A DNA stretch of 64,000 nt from Camelus ferus (Eukaryota): the NCBI RefSeq assembly GCF_009834535.1, contig NC_045697.1:108750001-108814000 (forward strand), given 5' to 3'. The notes under the pieces are model-generated. The model saw nothing but the letters and a program-made list of their open reading frames with translations. It was not told the DNA's origin and searched no databases. The position numbers were made by a program, and so were the translations under genes. Position 1 is the stretch's first letter; each line of letters opens with the position of its first letter. Shown here one piece after another: positions 27,968-38,826 of this stretch.

Positions 27968-28160
27968 GGGGAAGAGGGTATAGCTCAGTGGTAGAGCACT
28001 GGCTTAGCATGCACAAGGTCCTGGGTTCAATCCCCAGTACTTCCATTAACAAATACATAAACCTAAATTACCTCCCCCAACAGAAAGAAAAAAAAAAAAA
28101 ACCTAAAAAAAAAAAAAAAGAACTAGGCTCTTCAAATAAAAACAAAACTAAATTAAAAAA
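27968..28160 (+). mobile_element. tRNA-derived SINE (vic-1-like)
   Basis: GGGTATAGCTCAGTGGTAGAGC...GGTTCAATCCCCAGTAC...CCTAAATTACCTCCCCC followed by a long A tail. Confidence 0.9.
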
Positions 28161-28422
28161 AATTTCTCCTTTTATTGACTTGCATTGTAATGTTAAATAT
28201 TGGTGGGTGAACTTCTGTGGACAGTGGTTGAGAACCTTTTAGCTATCAGCTTGCCCCGCAGAGATTTATCTGTTAAGCAGTTAACCATCTGTACCTATAT
28301 TAAAGGAGTGGCCAGTAAAAAAATATCCAAATAAAGCTCTCTATAACAAAAAATTTTGTGATAAGCAATTGTTTTGAAATCCTTAGTTTTCCATTTGTGT
28401 TTTCTTAAATCTTTAAACAAAA

Positions 28423-28560
28423 TTTTTTTTATTTTTTAGTTTGTTTTGGGGAGGGAGGTAATTAGGTTTATTTATTTATTTTTAATGGAAGTACTGAGGA
28501 CTGAACCCAGGACCTCGTGCATGCTAGTCATGCACTCTACCGCTGAGCTAGACCCTCCCC
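28423..28560 (-). mobile_element. tRNA-derived SINE (vic-1-like)
   Basis: Reverse-complement copy of the same consensus, about 260-300 bp from the plus-strand copy. Confidence 0.9.
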
Positions 28561-29589
28561 TATCTTTTCTGTTTTCTTAAAATGAGACACATTTAAATGA
28601 AAAACAATGTGCCAGTTTGTATTATGGATAATGTACACAGTTATTTTTACCTCTAAGAACAAGTGTTCTCTAAAAAAAGAGTTCTAGCATTCTTTCATCA
28701 ACTCATCCATTCAACAGACATTTATTGAGCAGGTAACATATGTGTTGGACTAGGCATTCTGTCAGATAAAAGGGATAATAATAATTAGCTAACAATTACA
28801 ACATGCCAGGTACTGTTTTTTCTAAGCGCTTTAAGTAGATGAATCCACTTAATTCTCACAACAACTCTATAAGGTAGGTACTGAATCTTCCCATTTTACA
28901 GAAGAGGAGACTAACTGAACCAGAGGTCACAGAGCTGAGAAGTGCAAAAGCCAGCTAGCAGAATGTTCCAGAATCTGTCCCCTCAACCTTCACCCTACAC
29001 CATTCAACAAGATAAATTAGACAAGTTCTTGGTTCTCTTGGACCCTACAGAGAACCTAGTAAAAAAGAGAGACAAGACAAAAAAAAAAAAAAAAATGAAA
29101 GACCAAAAACAGGCAAGTCACCAACTTATGCCAATGTAAATACAGTGAGCAGTGGTGATGAATTTTGCCTGGGGTGTGATTACTCAAGGCTCCAGAAAAA
29201 CTTTAGAGCAGGACGTTGAAGAACAGGGTGGGAATTTGCCAAGCAAACAAAAAGGAATTTCCAGACAGAAGAAATAGCATCAACTAGGAATGGAGGCATC
29301 AGGAAAGGACAAGCCATGCTCCAGGAACAGCAAATACTATCTGGGCCGTGTCTGAAGATGAGGCCAGTTCTCACTTGTAAATGGCTTTTGAATTTTGAGA
29401 TTCTCAAAATAAAGTTCAGTGAAAAATCCTTTTCTGGATTTAGAACCTCAGAGCATGACCATTTGACTGGCCAATCCCATCCTTTCCCCCACCGCATGAC
29501 TCTGTTAGGTAAGACCAGCCATAGGCTATGGTTCTAGCAGGAAGTTCTTACTTTCCCTACTTAAAAAAAACAAAAACAAAAAAAACTGG

Positions 29590-29690
29590 ATCTACATACA
29601 CCCCAATGTTCATAGGAGCCCTATTTACAATAACCAAGACCTGGAATCAACCTTAATGTCCAACAGATGACTGGATAAAGAAGATGTTGT

Positions 29691-29729
<39 letters not shown>

Positions 29730-30181
29730 CACAATGGAATACTACTCAGCCATAAAAAAGAATGAATAATGCCATTTACAGCAATATGGATAGACCTAGA
29801 GAAGATCATATTAAGTGAAATATGTCAGATAGAAAAAGACAAATATCACATATCACTTTTATGTAGAATCCAAAAAAAAATGATACAAATTATATTTACA
29901 AACCAAAAACAAGACTCATGGAAATAGAAAACAAACTATGGTTACCAGTGGGGAAAGGAGAGGAAGGATAAATTAGGAGTTTGGGGTTAACAGATATACA
30001 TTAAGGTATATAAAATAAACAACTAGGATCAACCATATAGCACAGGGAACTATATTTTTTGTAATAACTTATAATGGAAAAGAATCTGAAAAGAAAAAAA
30101 ATATATATGTATAACTGAATTGCTTTTCTGTACACCTGAAACTAACATTGTAAATCAACTACACTTCAATAAAAACATTAA
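29590..30181 (+). mobile_element. 5'-truncated L1 (ORF2 end plus 3' UTR) with TSD
   Basis: aatggaatactactcagccataaaaaagaatgaa... through to poly(A). TSD aaaaaaaactgg at 29578-29589 and 30182-30193. Internal (CA)n. Confidence 0.9.
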
Positions 30182-30848
30182 AAAAAAAACTGGGTTCAGG
30201 CAGCTCTGTTTGCTTTTTCTTTTTCTCTAGCTTACAAAGGAACACCCATGTGACCACTGTTATCAGGTCACTCTGAAATTGCCAACAGTAGAGAAACATG
30301 TGTATTTCCTGGTTTCTTGGAATCTATGACACCAGCCTCTGCCATGAGGGGTAATGCACTTCAGGGCTTCTTTCCCAGCTCACATTTGCCCTACCTGCTG
30401 GCATCATGGAAAATGAATATTTACAGCTCCGGGGGAGCTTAAAGGCTCTCCTAGTGCAAGGACAGTGAGCAGCCCGCAGACCCAGGGCCTGATCTCACAG
30501 CCAGAGGTGCCCTGTTAGTGGAGGTGAGGGCCACAGAGGGCCAGGATGTACATGTAAATCTATATCTTATCACCCTTGAGTGATTTTTGGAATGCCTAGA
30601 GGCTTCAACTTAAAATTCTAATCAGTCATCTTTAACCAGCACAAGTCAAAAGAATCCAAGTCTGCTTTGGACCTAGAATTGCCCTGAAACCTAGTATTTG
30701 CTAGTCCTGGAATTGGAACTAAATGCTCTCAGACTGTATCTCTGACGCAGGGAATTTTCTATCAGATTGGTTTTATAGTGATGATAGTCATTTTTAGCCA
30801 ATCAGAAATTTTATTCTAAAAGTTAGCATAGATTTATCTTTAAAAAAA

Positions 30849-30935
30849 TTTTTTTAAATGGAGGTACTGGGGATCGAACCCAGGACCTCATGCAGGCTAA
30901 GCATGCACTCTACCACTAAGCTGTTTCTCTCCCCC
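30849..30935 (-). mobile_element. tRNA-derived SINE, short form (head plus A tail)
   Basis: ggaggtactggggatcgaacccaggacctc...ctctaccactaagct. Flanks agcatagattta / agcatagcttta resemble a TSD. Confidence 0.85.
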
Positions 30936-31395
30936 AGCATAGCTTTAATAGGAATAAGACCAATGCTTCACCCAGGCCTTTTCAAGATCCAGGTGGGACA
31001 TAGCACCGGGGAGAATACAGTATCTGTGACAAAATACAGAGGGAAGAATCCTTTTGTTGCGGAGATGACCCCAAGGACTCCAGCTGTCCCACCCCTGACC
31101 CCGGTCTGACCCACTGCCTCATCAGACGTACCTTTTCCCCCCAACAGTCAGGAAATGTTGCATGAACTAATTAGCCAAAATTAAACAGGGCCCTCATCCA
31201 AATTAGGTCCAGAGTGTATTTTTTTTTTTTTTTTTAAAGAAAGGAACATGGCATTTCTAAACTCTGGAAAACTTCATTGAAATAGCCATTCATCAACTAC
31301 TATTTTCTGTAATCCTCATTGCTTAACTTTAAAAGCTCTCCGTTCCTCCTCCCGCCCCACCCCCAACTCCAGGCAGGTGTCAGGATAATACTCAC

Positions 31396-31434
31396 ATGTC
31401 TGTAAAATGTTCTGAGATCCTTGGCTAGAGGGCT
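31396..31434 (-). CDS. TMEM154: TMEM154 exon 3 (EPSSQGSQNILQT)
   Basis: Acceptor cttctgcacag|AG and donor CAT|GTGAGT. 39 nt, follows a 90-nt intron. Confidence 0.94.
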
Positions 31435-31524
31435 CTGTGCAGAAGCAAAAAGCATTGTGTTTTATTGATCATTCATTAACACATGAAGCAACTGTATGGA
31501 AATGGGGACAGGCAAAATACTTAC

Positions 31525-31785
31525 CTGGTTTATTCTTTTTTCTTTTACGGTATGTTGCAAGGAGTATCACCGATAAAAGTAGGAGGGCCAGTAAAATCAA
31601 TGGGATCAACACCATGAGTATAAACTCTAGCTGATCTGTATCCTCACCATTAAGGGTGGAGTTCATATTTGTGGTGAATGATTCTGTGGTCACCATAGCA
31701 AACGTGCTCAGAGAGACAGTCTCTTCATCTGGCACGGCCACTTCTTGGGGCATTTCTCCTGACTGTTCTGTTTCCACCAAGAAAT
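31525..31785 (-). CDS. TMEM154: TMEM154 exon 2 (ectodomain, N-S-T sequon, TM helix, basic stop-transfer RKRKK)
   Basis: Acceptor ttcccacag|AT and donor CAG|GTAAGT. 261 nt, phase 1-1. Matches the core of ORF 31469..31801. Confidence 0.96.
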
Positions 31786-33172
31786 CTGTGGGAACACACA
31801 CAAAATTGAAATTGTCACGAAGACAGAGCTAGCATGTTACGTCCTCAGTGATTTGAAATTTACCCTACACTGCATCCAGTGATAAACTTGATCCACTGGA
31901 TTTGGTCTTCCAGTTCAGCTGAGCCAGAGTATTGATCGAACATAAATGGAGCTAGGGCTGGGAGTATCTTGAAAACAGAATCAGAGCCCAGGGATTAAAC
32001 CTCCCACAAATGCAGGCAGTTTAGCACCCTTCAGACACTTTAGATGCACTTAAGCAAAGGGCATTGAGAAGCTTTGTCATGTTGAGGGTGGTATTCCAGA
32101 GTAGCCTATAGAATATTTTAATACCATTTCTGAAAAAACCTGAATTCCCGTTTATTGAAAGTTAAGCACTTGCCACGTAACACTCTTAGAAATAAAGGAA
32201 TGCACTGAATCCTAACTTTTACTCAAAGGTTACCTACCAGTGGAAAAGAAGTCTTTGAGACTGGGGTGACTGATCAGATGTCAGTGTCAGGCCTCAGTTC
32301 TGCAGAGAACTGAGTCTGCCTCTGAAATGATCCAACAGAAATTCTGGATTCTACATAAACATGCAACATGTATTTCATTTGTAAAATGAAATTCTCAAAG
32401 GGAAATGCCCTTAGAAACTAAGGAAACTGCACCAGTATTTAAATGTATTGAATAACATGCATCTTTAGAGCTTTCCCGACTAGTAAGCTATAAGCAGGTT
32501 TATTCTGTTGGGACTTCAGATTGTGTTGGAAAATTGTTCTGTGGCTCATCACAGGACAGGAAAGGACTAGTAGCTGGATGATTCTTCAGAAAATCCTTCC
32601 TTACCGGGCTCCATAGTGACCATGGTCAGGAGAGCCACAGGTTTTCCTCCCTTTGTGGTACGAGGTTGCCAATTGCCCAGGAGGGGCCCACTGAGAAAAA
32701 CAGCACATGAGCTGAGGCTACAGAAGACTTGTCCAGGGAGATGATTTGTGTGACAGTGCTTCCCAAGGTAGAAGGTGCCCTGCCAATGGAGACGTTGGCT
32801 GCTTGAAGCCATGTTCTGTACAGCAGTTTAGACCACCACCTACAGGATGACTGACAGGCCAAGGCAGAGCCAATGCATCCTTAGCTCTCTGCACGGCTGC
32901 GACAGGGTTTATAAAAATATTCGCTGGATCACAGTCTATTTTTTGGGGGGTTATGTAAACACTTCAGTTTTCATGAAGACCAGGGAATCAACTTGATAAT
33001 GACATTGGTCAATGCCACACCAAACCATCAAAATCAATTACAAACAGCAGAGTCTAAGTAACTAGTATTCCTCACACTGTATATACTAAAAGCAGGATTT
33101 AAAAAATCTACCATTTATTGATCTCTGCCTTCAGGGTTACATGACTTTGCTCTGTACTTAGGTCTTTGGAAA

Positions 33173-33644
33173 TGTTGCAGCAAAGTGTGTTACAGCTCAG
33201 TGTTATAGCTCAGTTGTGACAGCAACCTGGATCCAGGCGAGAGACCAAGAAGCATTCAGAGGGTTAGAGAACTCAGATTTATCACGCCAGTGGGCCTAGA
33301 GGAGTTAACACTCCAAGCTCTGGACTGTGTCTGTAGGTTTACACAGGATTTTATAGGCCGCCAGTCTAGATTTTGCAACATCATATGCAAATAAGGTATA
33401 ACAAATGGACCAATCAGGAGTGATGGAAATGGACCAATCAGGAGTGATAGAAATGGACCAGTCAGGAGTGAGCTTAGGGAACCAATAGAATCTTAGGGGT
33501 AATTTCCGCTTTCCTAGAAGTAAGCCGTTTCAGAGTAAAAAAGTGAGATAATGCCGCTGGGCCAGGGAACCAAATGGTGCTGGCAGAAGGGTAGTGGCCC
33601 TGCCTGGGGGTCTTGCCATCTTTTTCGTGGGGCTTCCCACCTCA
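33173..33644 (-). mobile_element. Solo ERV LTR in the same sense as TMEM154, in intron 1
   Basis: Minus strand TGAGGTGGGAAG...CTGCAACA (TG..CA termini). Three 24-bp repeats, two with intact CCAAT; ATGCAAAT; TATAAAA at 33355-33349; GATAAA at the expected poly(A)-signal position; 13-bp repeats in U5. Confidence 0.82.
33403..33471. repeat. 24-bp tandem repeat x3 (aaatggaccaatcaggagtgat.g) in LTR U3
   Basis: Units start at 33403, 33427 and 33451; the third has ccagt in place of ccaat. Confidence 0.95.
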
Positions 33645-35087
33645 AAATAAGGTGAGTCAATAATGTATTCACACATTTGTTAAAGCTTTGATATATCCTG
33701 TATCACCCTGGACTAGGAAAAGATACTATCCACCAAGACAACCTCCTCCTTGAAGTTATCCTGCTTGCAGAACTACTGGGACCAAACAGCTTTCTGCACT
33801 GATAACCGAGACCAGTAAAAACTGGACATATGGTTAGGGGTGGGTGACTGGGCAGTGGTACACGCACAAACGCAGTTGGTGTTTGTGCACCTTCCTCTAA
33901 TACCCAGACCTCCCTTTTACGTCTTTTGTGTGTTTATTTCTCCCACTGCTGTAGCTGCTACCACTATTTCAAGCTAACCTTTACAGATAATTTTCTAAGA
34001 GCCTAGTGCTGTGCTCTGCCTTTTTCCTGGATTATTGCATTTTGTCCATACCATTTTTCTCAGACAGAAACTGGGGCAGAGAGGCTCCATGATTTGCCCA
34101 CGATCACAAAACTATCACAAAGGAGTGAGGACTTGAACCCAGGAGGGCTGGCTGCAGAACGTGAGCTTTGAAATCCACATAACACTTTCCCTCCGATCAG
34201 ACAGGAATGGAACAATTCCAAATCAAGAAATGGGGACGGAGAGAGGGAACCCTGGGTTCTTGCCCCTCAGCCTACAAGGAGGTGGTTTTCCAGCACAAAG
34301 GCAAAGGGAGGGGAGGAGCTTTCAGAAACCTGGGTTTTGCTGGGCTTGCCCCAAGCTCCCCAGCCCAGGTGGCTGTGAGCAGAGCTTCCCAGAACAATGG
34401 GATATTTCCAGCCTCCTTGTGGAAGGCGGACAAGTTCCCAGTAGAACAGTAGCACTCTGAGTCACACTTGACCTGTTGCCCCAGAAGAAGAGAAAATAGG
34501 AAAGGAAACAAGCTAGCACGACTAATGAGGGCGTTTGGATGATCAGGCATGAAGAGAAACAGAGAGAATTGCACAGATGGTCCTGGGTTGTCCACGTGTG
34601 TTTCTTAGCACGAGGGACAATGCTGCTCACAGGTGGCCCTCAGTGGCACTTTGGAGGGAAAAGGGCTGGAGATTCTCTCCACAATATCCTTCTCACACAC
34701 ACTCAAACGTATGTTTTCCATGTTAACCATCATTTACTCTCTCTGATTCTCTAGTGACTGTTGAAATAAATGAGAATCAAGGGTTCTCTCTGTGTTTTAT
34801 TTTTCTTTACCCTGCAAGCCTTCATCTCCAGACACTCCTGTGACAACCTCCCTCACAGCCCTCCCTCCCCAACCAATACCATCATAGCCTCAAAATAATA
34901 AATAACGGTCATGCATCAGATGCTCACAGTATAAGTTAGGTACTAGGATAAACTAAACATGCATCGTCTAACAACCTTCACAACAACTTTATCGTTCACA
35001 CTGCAGATAAAGAAACTGAGTCTCAAATTGTTAGGTAGTTAGATAAGTGAGGGCACCGGGCAGATAAGGTGGTGGAGGGGGAGGATG

Positions 35088-35562
35088 GTTGGGAAGATGG
35101 CAATATGCCTGCCTTTAGCATACAGGGGCTTTACTTCCTGTAAATGAGTGCCAACAAGAAATCGGTCAGAACTCAACAGCCTCAGCTGCGAGGTAGCGAC
35201 AAGGACCTAACCGGACATGAGGACATGACCCAGCGCTTGTTGTAATATAATTAACATTTTGGCTTAGGTGCCCCAATGGGCCTTTCTGTGTGCATCATGG
35301 GTAAGGACATGCGCAAAAGGGGACGAGCATGACTAAGCACTCCAGGGGAAAGAGCTGTCAATCAATCAAGAGACCACCTCTGAGCGAGGGTATAAGGAGA
35401 AGGTGCAAAAAAGACCACCTCCCAATCTTGGAGGTGTGCTTTCCCTTTGCTAATAAAACCTTTAAAATCATTCACTACACAACGCTTCTGCCTCCCATCT
35501 GAATTCTTCTCTTTTGGGTATGACAAGAATTGGGGTCCTTTCTCTTCCCCTTTGGGGTAACA
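35088..35562 (+). mobile_element. Solo ERV LTR, antisense to TMEM154
   Basis: gggTATAAgg near 35390, AATAAA at 35452-35457, 3' terminus ggggtaaca. The 5' boundary is approximate. Confidence 0.75.
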
Positions 35563-35809
35563 AAATATCTTATCAAGGTACAACCTTATTTTTGCTGTCA
35601 GTTCAACTGATCCCTATGGGTTTTGAAGCTGTGTTCCCTTGAACGTAGGTGCCAATGACAGTGAGGTTCTAGTCACAGCTGTGTTGCTTAGTGGTTGAGG
35701 GAATTTGGACAAATTATTTACCCCTAGTGGCTAAATGTTCTAATCTGTACAATTAAGGAATTATTTCCAGAGTCCCATCTATTTCTACATCCCTGTTGAT
35801 TCTAAAACG

Positions 35810-36270
35810 TTTATCTTGTTTTTAATTAGGCTTTTTGAACAGGTACTATGCACGTTTACATGGTCCTAAGCTCAGAAAGGATTTCACTACCACCCTTTTC
35901 CTCAGCCACTCAATTTCCCTCCAAAGTGGTAACCACTGTTTCTGATGCCTTCCAGAGAATTCTATGCATATACAAGTATATCATTTCTGGTTTTCTTTTT
36001 TTTTTTTTAACACCAATGGCAGCAAAATTTATAGACTGCTCCTTGCTTTTTTCACTTAAAATTGGATCTTGAAAATTATTCCATGTCTGTGTACAGAGAG
36101 ATGTCTTTCCCTCCCATTATTTGGATGTATGACAATCTATTCCTACTGATGGAGATGTGGGCTGTTTCTCTCGTATTTCCCATGATGCTGCTGCAGTCGG
36201 CCCTGCACACCCTGACTTTACACACGTGCAGGTATATTCTGCTGCAGATCTCCAGAGTGGGGACAGGGTA
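35810..36270 (-). mobile_element. Ancient L1 (L1ME-like) 3' fragment
   Basis: gtaaccactgttt...ttgctttttcacttaa...cctactgatggagatgtgggctgtttc. Confidence 0.6.
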
Positions 36271-37099
36271 TTGAGTGCGGCACCAAACCACTCTTGGGGC
36301 CAGGGGTCCGTCCTCACAGCTGTATCAAGACAACTCCAGCCCAGTCCTCAGACAGTGAGAATTGGCAGAAACTAAGTAGAGAGCTGGGCACGTAGGGGTC
36401 AGCGAGGGGAAAGCTGAAAACATTGGGGATCAGCCCAAGGGTTTGTGTCAGGAGCATCAAATTGTCATCAAAGGGGGAGCTGGAAAACCAGGGAGGGCCA
36501 CAAAGCAGATCTGTACCCAGGACTGGGTCGGCAGAGGGCAGAGGGCAGAGGTGGGAGCTATGAAGAAATGCAGAGGTGGATGAAACCAAGGTGGAAACCA
36601 GAGAGAAGCCGGAGCTCACATGAGCTGGGGTGGGTGTGGAGCGCAGAGGGCAGCTCTGGGGAATTTCCCTGGAGTGTGACAGTGGTTCCTCCGTGGGCGG
36701 TGGGCTGACAGCAATTCAACCTAATGGCCACTGTGCGGCGCAGACACTGGGCCTGGCCTTATCTAAGAAACCGTGCAGGGCCAGTTCTCGCGTTGAGCGA
36801 GGACTTGGGGGACATCTCCATGGCATCCTGGAAGGAAGACCGGGCTTCAGGTTCCAAAAAGTAGGCCTTGAGACTTGGCACTGCCCTCTCGAGCCATGGT
36901 GCCTGGGAAGAACCCCTCTCTCCTCCAAACCTCTTTCTCCTAAAAGACCCCAAGAGGAGCTGTCAGCCCCGCCCATCCTACAGTGTGCATACGAAGAGCA
37001 GAGGAAATCCCAGCTGTGAAGACGCTGTCTGTTCCACAAAGGGCCACACACAGGCCAGGTGTGGGCCGTCTGCTGTTTCGTTCGTCCTGTGCCCATTCG

Positions 37100-37620
37100 G
37101 TTGTCCCGTCTCTAGACTGAACTGTTTCTCTGTTCCCCAGGAGACTAATCGGCCCAGCGTTAACTTCTTCATTTTATTGTTGTCTCTTCTCATCTGAATG
37201 TGGACATCTTACAGGGGAAAAGGGGTGTGGCCCGGAGGTGGGGGTGAGGATAGACTGTAAAACTGAAGAAGCTGCAGATATAAAGGTATAGAGGACCCAG
37301 CGTGAGGGTAGGGAGAGAGAGGCAGCAGCTAGCAAAGTACGGAAGAGAAGCAGCCGAGGAAAGGACGAGGAAGCAGGAGGGCTGTGTGATGCGCATGGAT
37401 GTGGCTTTGAACCTTGCCCGTGATGGCCAGTAGTGAAGTCACCAGTGCGGTCAAGGGCGGACCTGGCAAGACTTTTCTTCCCTTCCAGTGACCCAGTCCT
37501 GGTTCTCTCGAGTGACCCCAATGCAAACCTCCCTGAGATTCTCCTTTTCACCACCTCTCTCTCTCTGCCCAGATGATGGAACATTATTAGGAGATACTGG
37601 GAGTGGTCACGTGACTCGTG
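37100..37620 (+). mobile_element. Possible ancient LTR (family unresolved)
   Basis: gatataaagg TATA-like box followed by a purine-rich R-like stretch and a pyrimidine-rich U5-like stretch. No clear termini. Confidence 0.3.
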
Positions 37621-38344
37621 AAATTAAGCTGCAGTATTTCATTTTACTTTTAATCTGAAAATTACTGAAGAAACTGTATGGTGCACCGAGTCACAATATC
37701 CATGCAAAGACACCTGGGGTGGGTATTTCACTCACCTGGCATCGACCCCAGGAGGGATCCTTGTAAGTGGGAAAAGGGGGGAAATGCTTGAGGTGAGCCC
37801 AGCAGCTCAGCAGCCCAGTGGGCACCTCGCCCTTTGTCACCACTCCGAGCATTGTCCCTAAGAGGAAGTGACTCTGCTTCTCGGGGAAATGAACTAGATA
37901 ACTTCCCTTTTTTGATAGTGGAACAAATACGCAATCAAGCTCGTTTTTAAAGTTTAAAAAAAAAGTATTATATAGCAACTGAAAGGTTGCCACACTGACA
38001 TTATGATGTAAAATAAAACGATGACAAGAGAAGGCTGTTAAACTCAGGATATTGTGAAGTATGTTGGAACTCAATTCGCTGTCCCATTCTTTCACTTGTC
38101 TTGTAGACTCCATGGAGAGATTGTTGAAACCGTCTTGCAATTCAGGTAGTGAAACGAAAGAAAACACGCGGGTGTCAGGCACTCAAGCGCTGCCATGCTC
38201 TGTGGAGGAACTGCAGCATGTGGATTCCAGGACGCTCAAGAAATTAAACCCAAGAAGCCTTCCCACACCTTCTATACCTCTGTCTACAGCAAAGAGCCAG
38301 ATCATGTTAGAAGGACGAGATAAAACCAAGCCAGAAGTCCTCCG

Positions 38345-38505
38345 GTGCTTTTCAGCCTTGGCCACACGTTAGAATCACCGGGGGACCTATTAACCTTCTT
38401 GATGCTCAGGTCACACGCTCAAACCATTACATCAGAACATCTGGGGTGAACCCAAGCCCCAGTAGTTTTTACAGATTCCAGTGTGCAGCAAGGTTGAGAA
38501 CCAGG
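38345..38505. mobile_element. MER5A-like MITE (related copies near 39010-39170 and 57640-57830)
   Basis: ttagaatcaccggggga...tcagaacatctggggtg...gtgcagcaaggttgagaacc. Confidence 0.7.
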
Positions 38506-38697
38506 TCTCCAGACTCTACCCACTCCTGGCCCACCCCTGGCCACCCCTCGTTCCCTGTGCTCCTCCTTGGGGAACTGGAGTAGAATCAGCTCTGGGAGTT
38601 GGCTCCCAATTCGGAGCAGCTGCCCAATTTATTATCAGAATGCAACTGCTTCACTGAAGCCTAGAGCTCCTGAGAACCTCTGGCTAGGATATATTGA

Positions 38698-38826
38698 TTT
38701 TTTTTTTCAGAGGAAGGTAATTAGGTTTACTTATTTATTTATAATTTTGATGGAGGTACTGGGAATTGAACCCAGGACCTCGTGCATGCTAGGCATGCAC
38801 TCTACCACTGAGCTATACCCTCCCCC
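38698..38826 (-). mobile_element. tRNA-derived SINE (vic-1-like)
   Basis: ggtaattaggttt...gaggtactgggaattgaacccaggacctcgtgcatgctaggcatgcactctaccactgagctataccctcccc. Confidence 0.9.

Noticed and set aside
27968..28045. tRNA-like sequences with A and B boxes
   Set aside because: These are SINE heads with a body, A tail and TSDs, and degenerate stems; not tRNA genes.
31469..31801. 110-aa ORF as a stand-alone single-exon gene
   Set aside because: It is TMEM154 exon 2 plus intronic flanks, with a non-ATG start and consensus splice sites inside.
33403..33471. Regularly spaced direct repeats as a possible CRISPR-like array
   Set aside because: Contiguous tandem units with no unique spacers, inside a mammalian LTR U3.
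36300..37200. Cluster of overlapping 100-130 aa ORFs
   Set aside because: GC-rich intronic sequence, possibly an old LTR, with ORFs on both strands and no recognisable coding signature or splice support.
2723..37628. Shared 14-mer ctcgtgaaattaag at ~2723 and ~37615
   Set aside because: No extended homology around either copy; compatible with chance in 64 kb.
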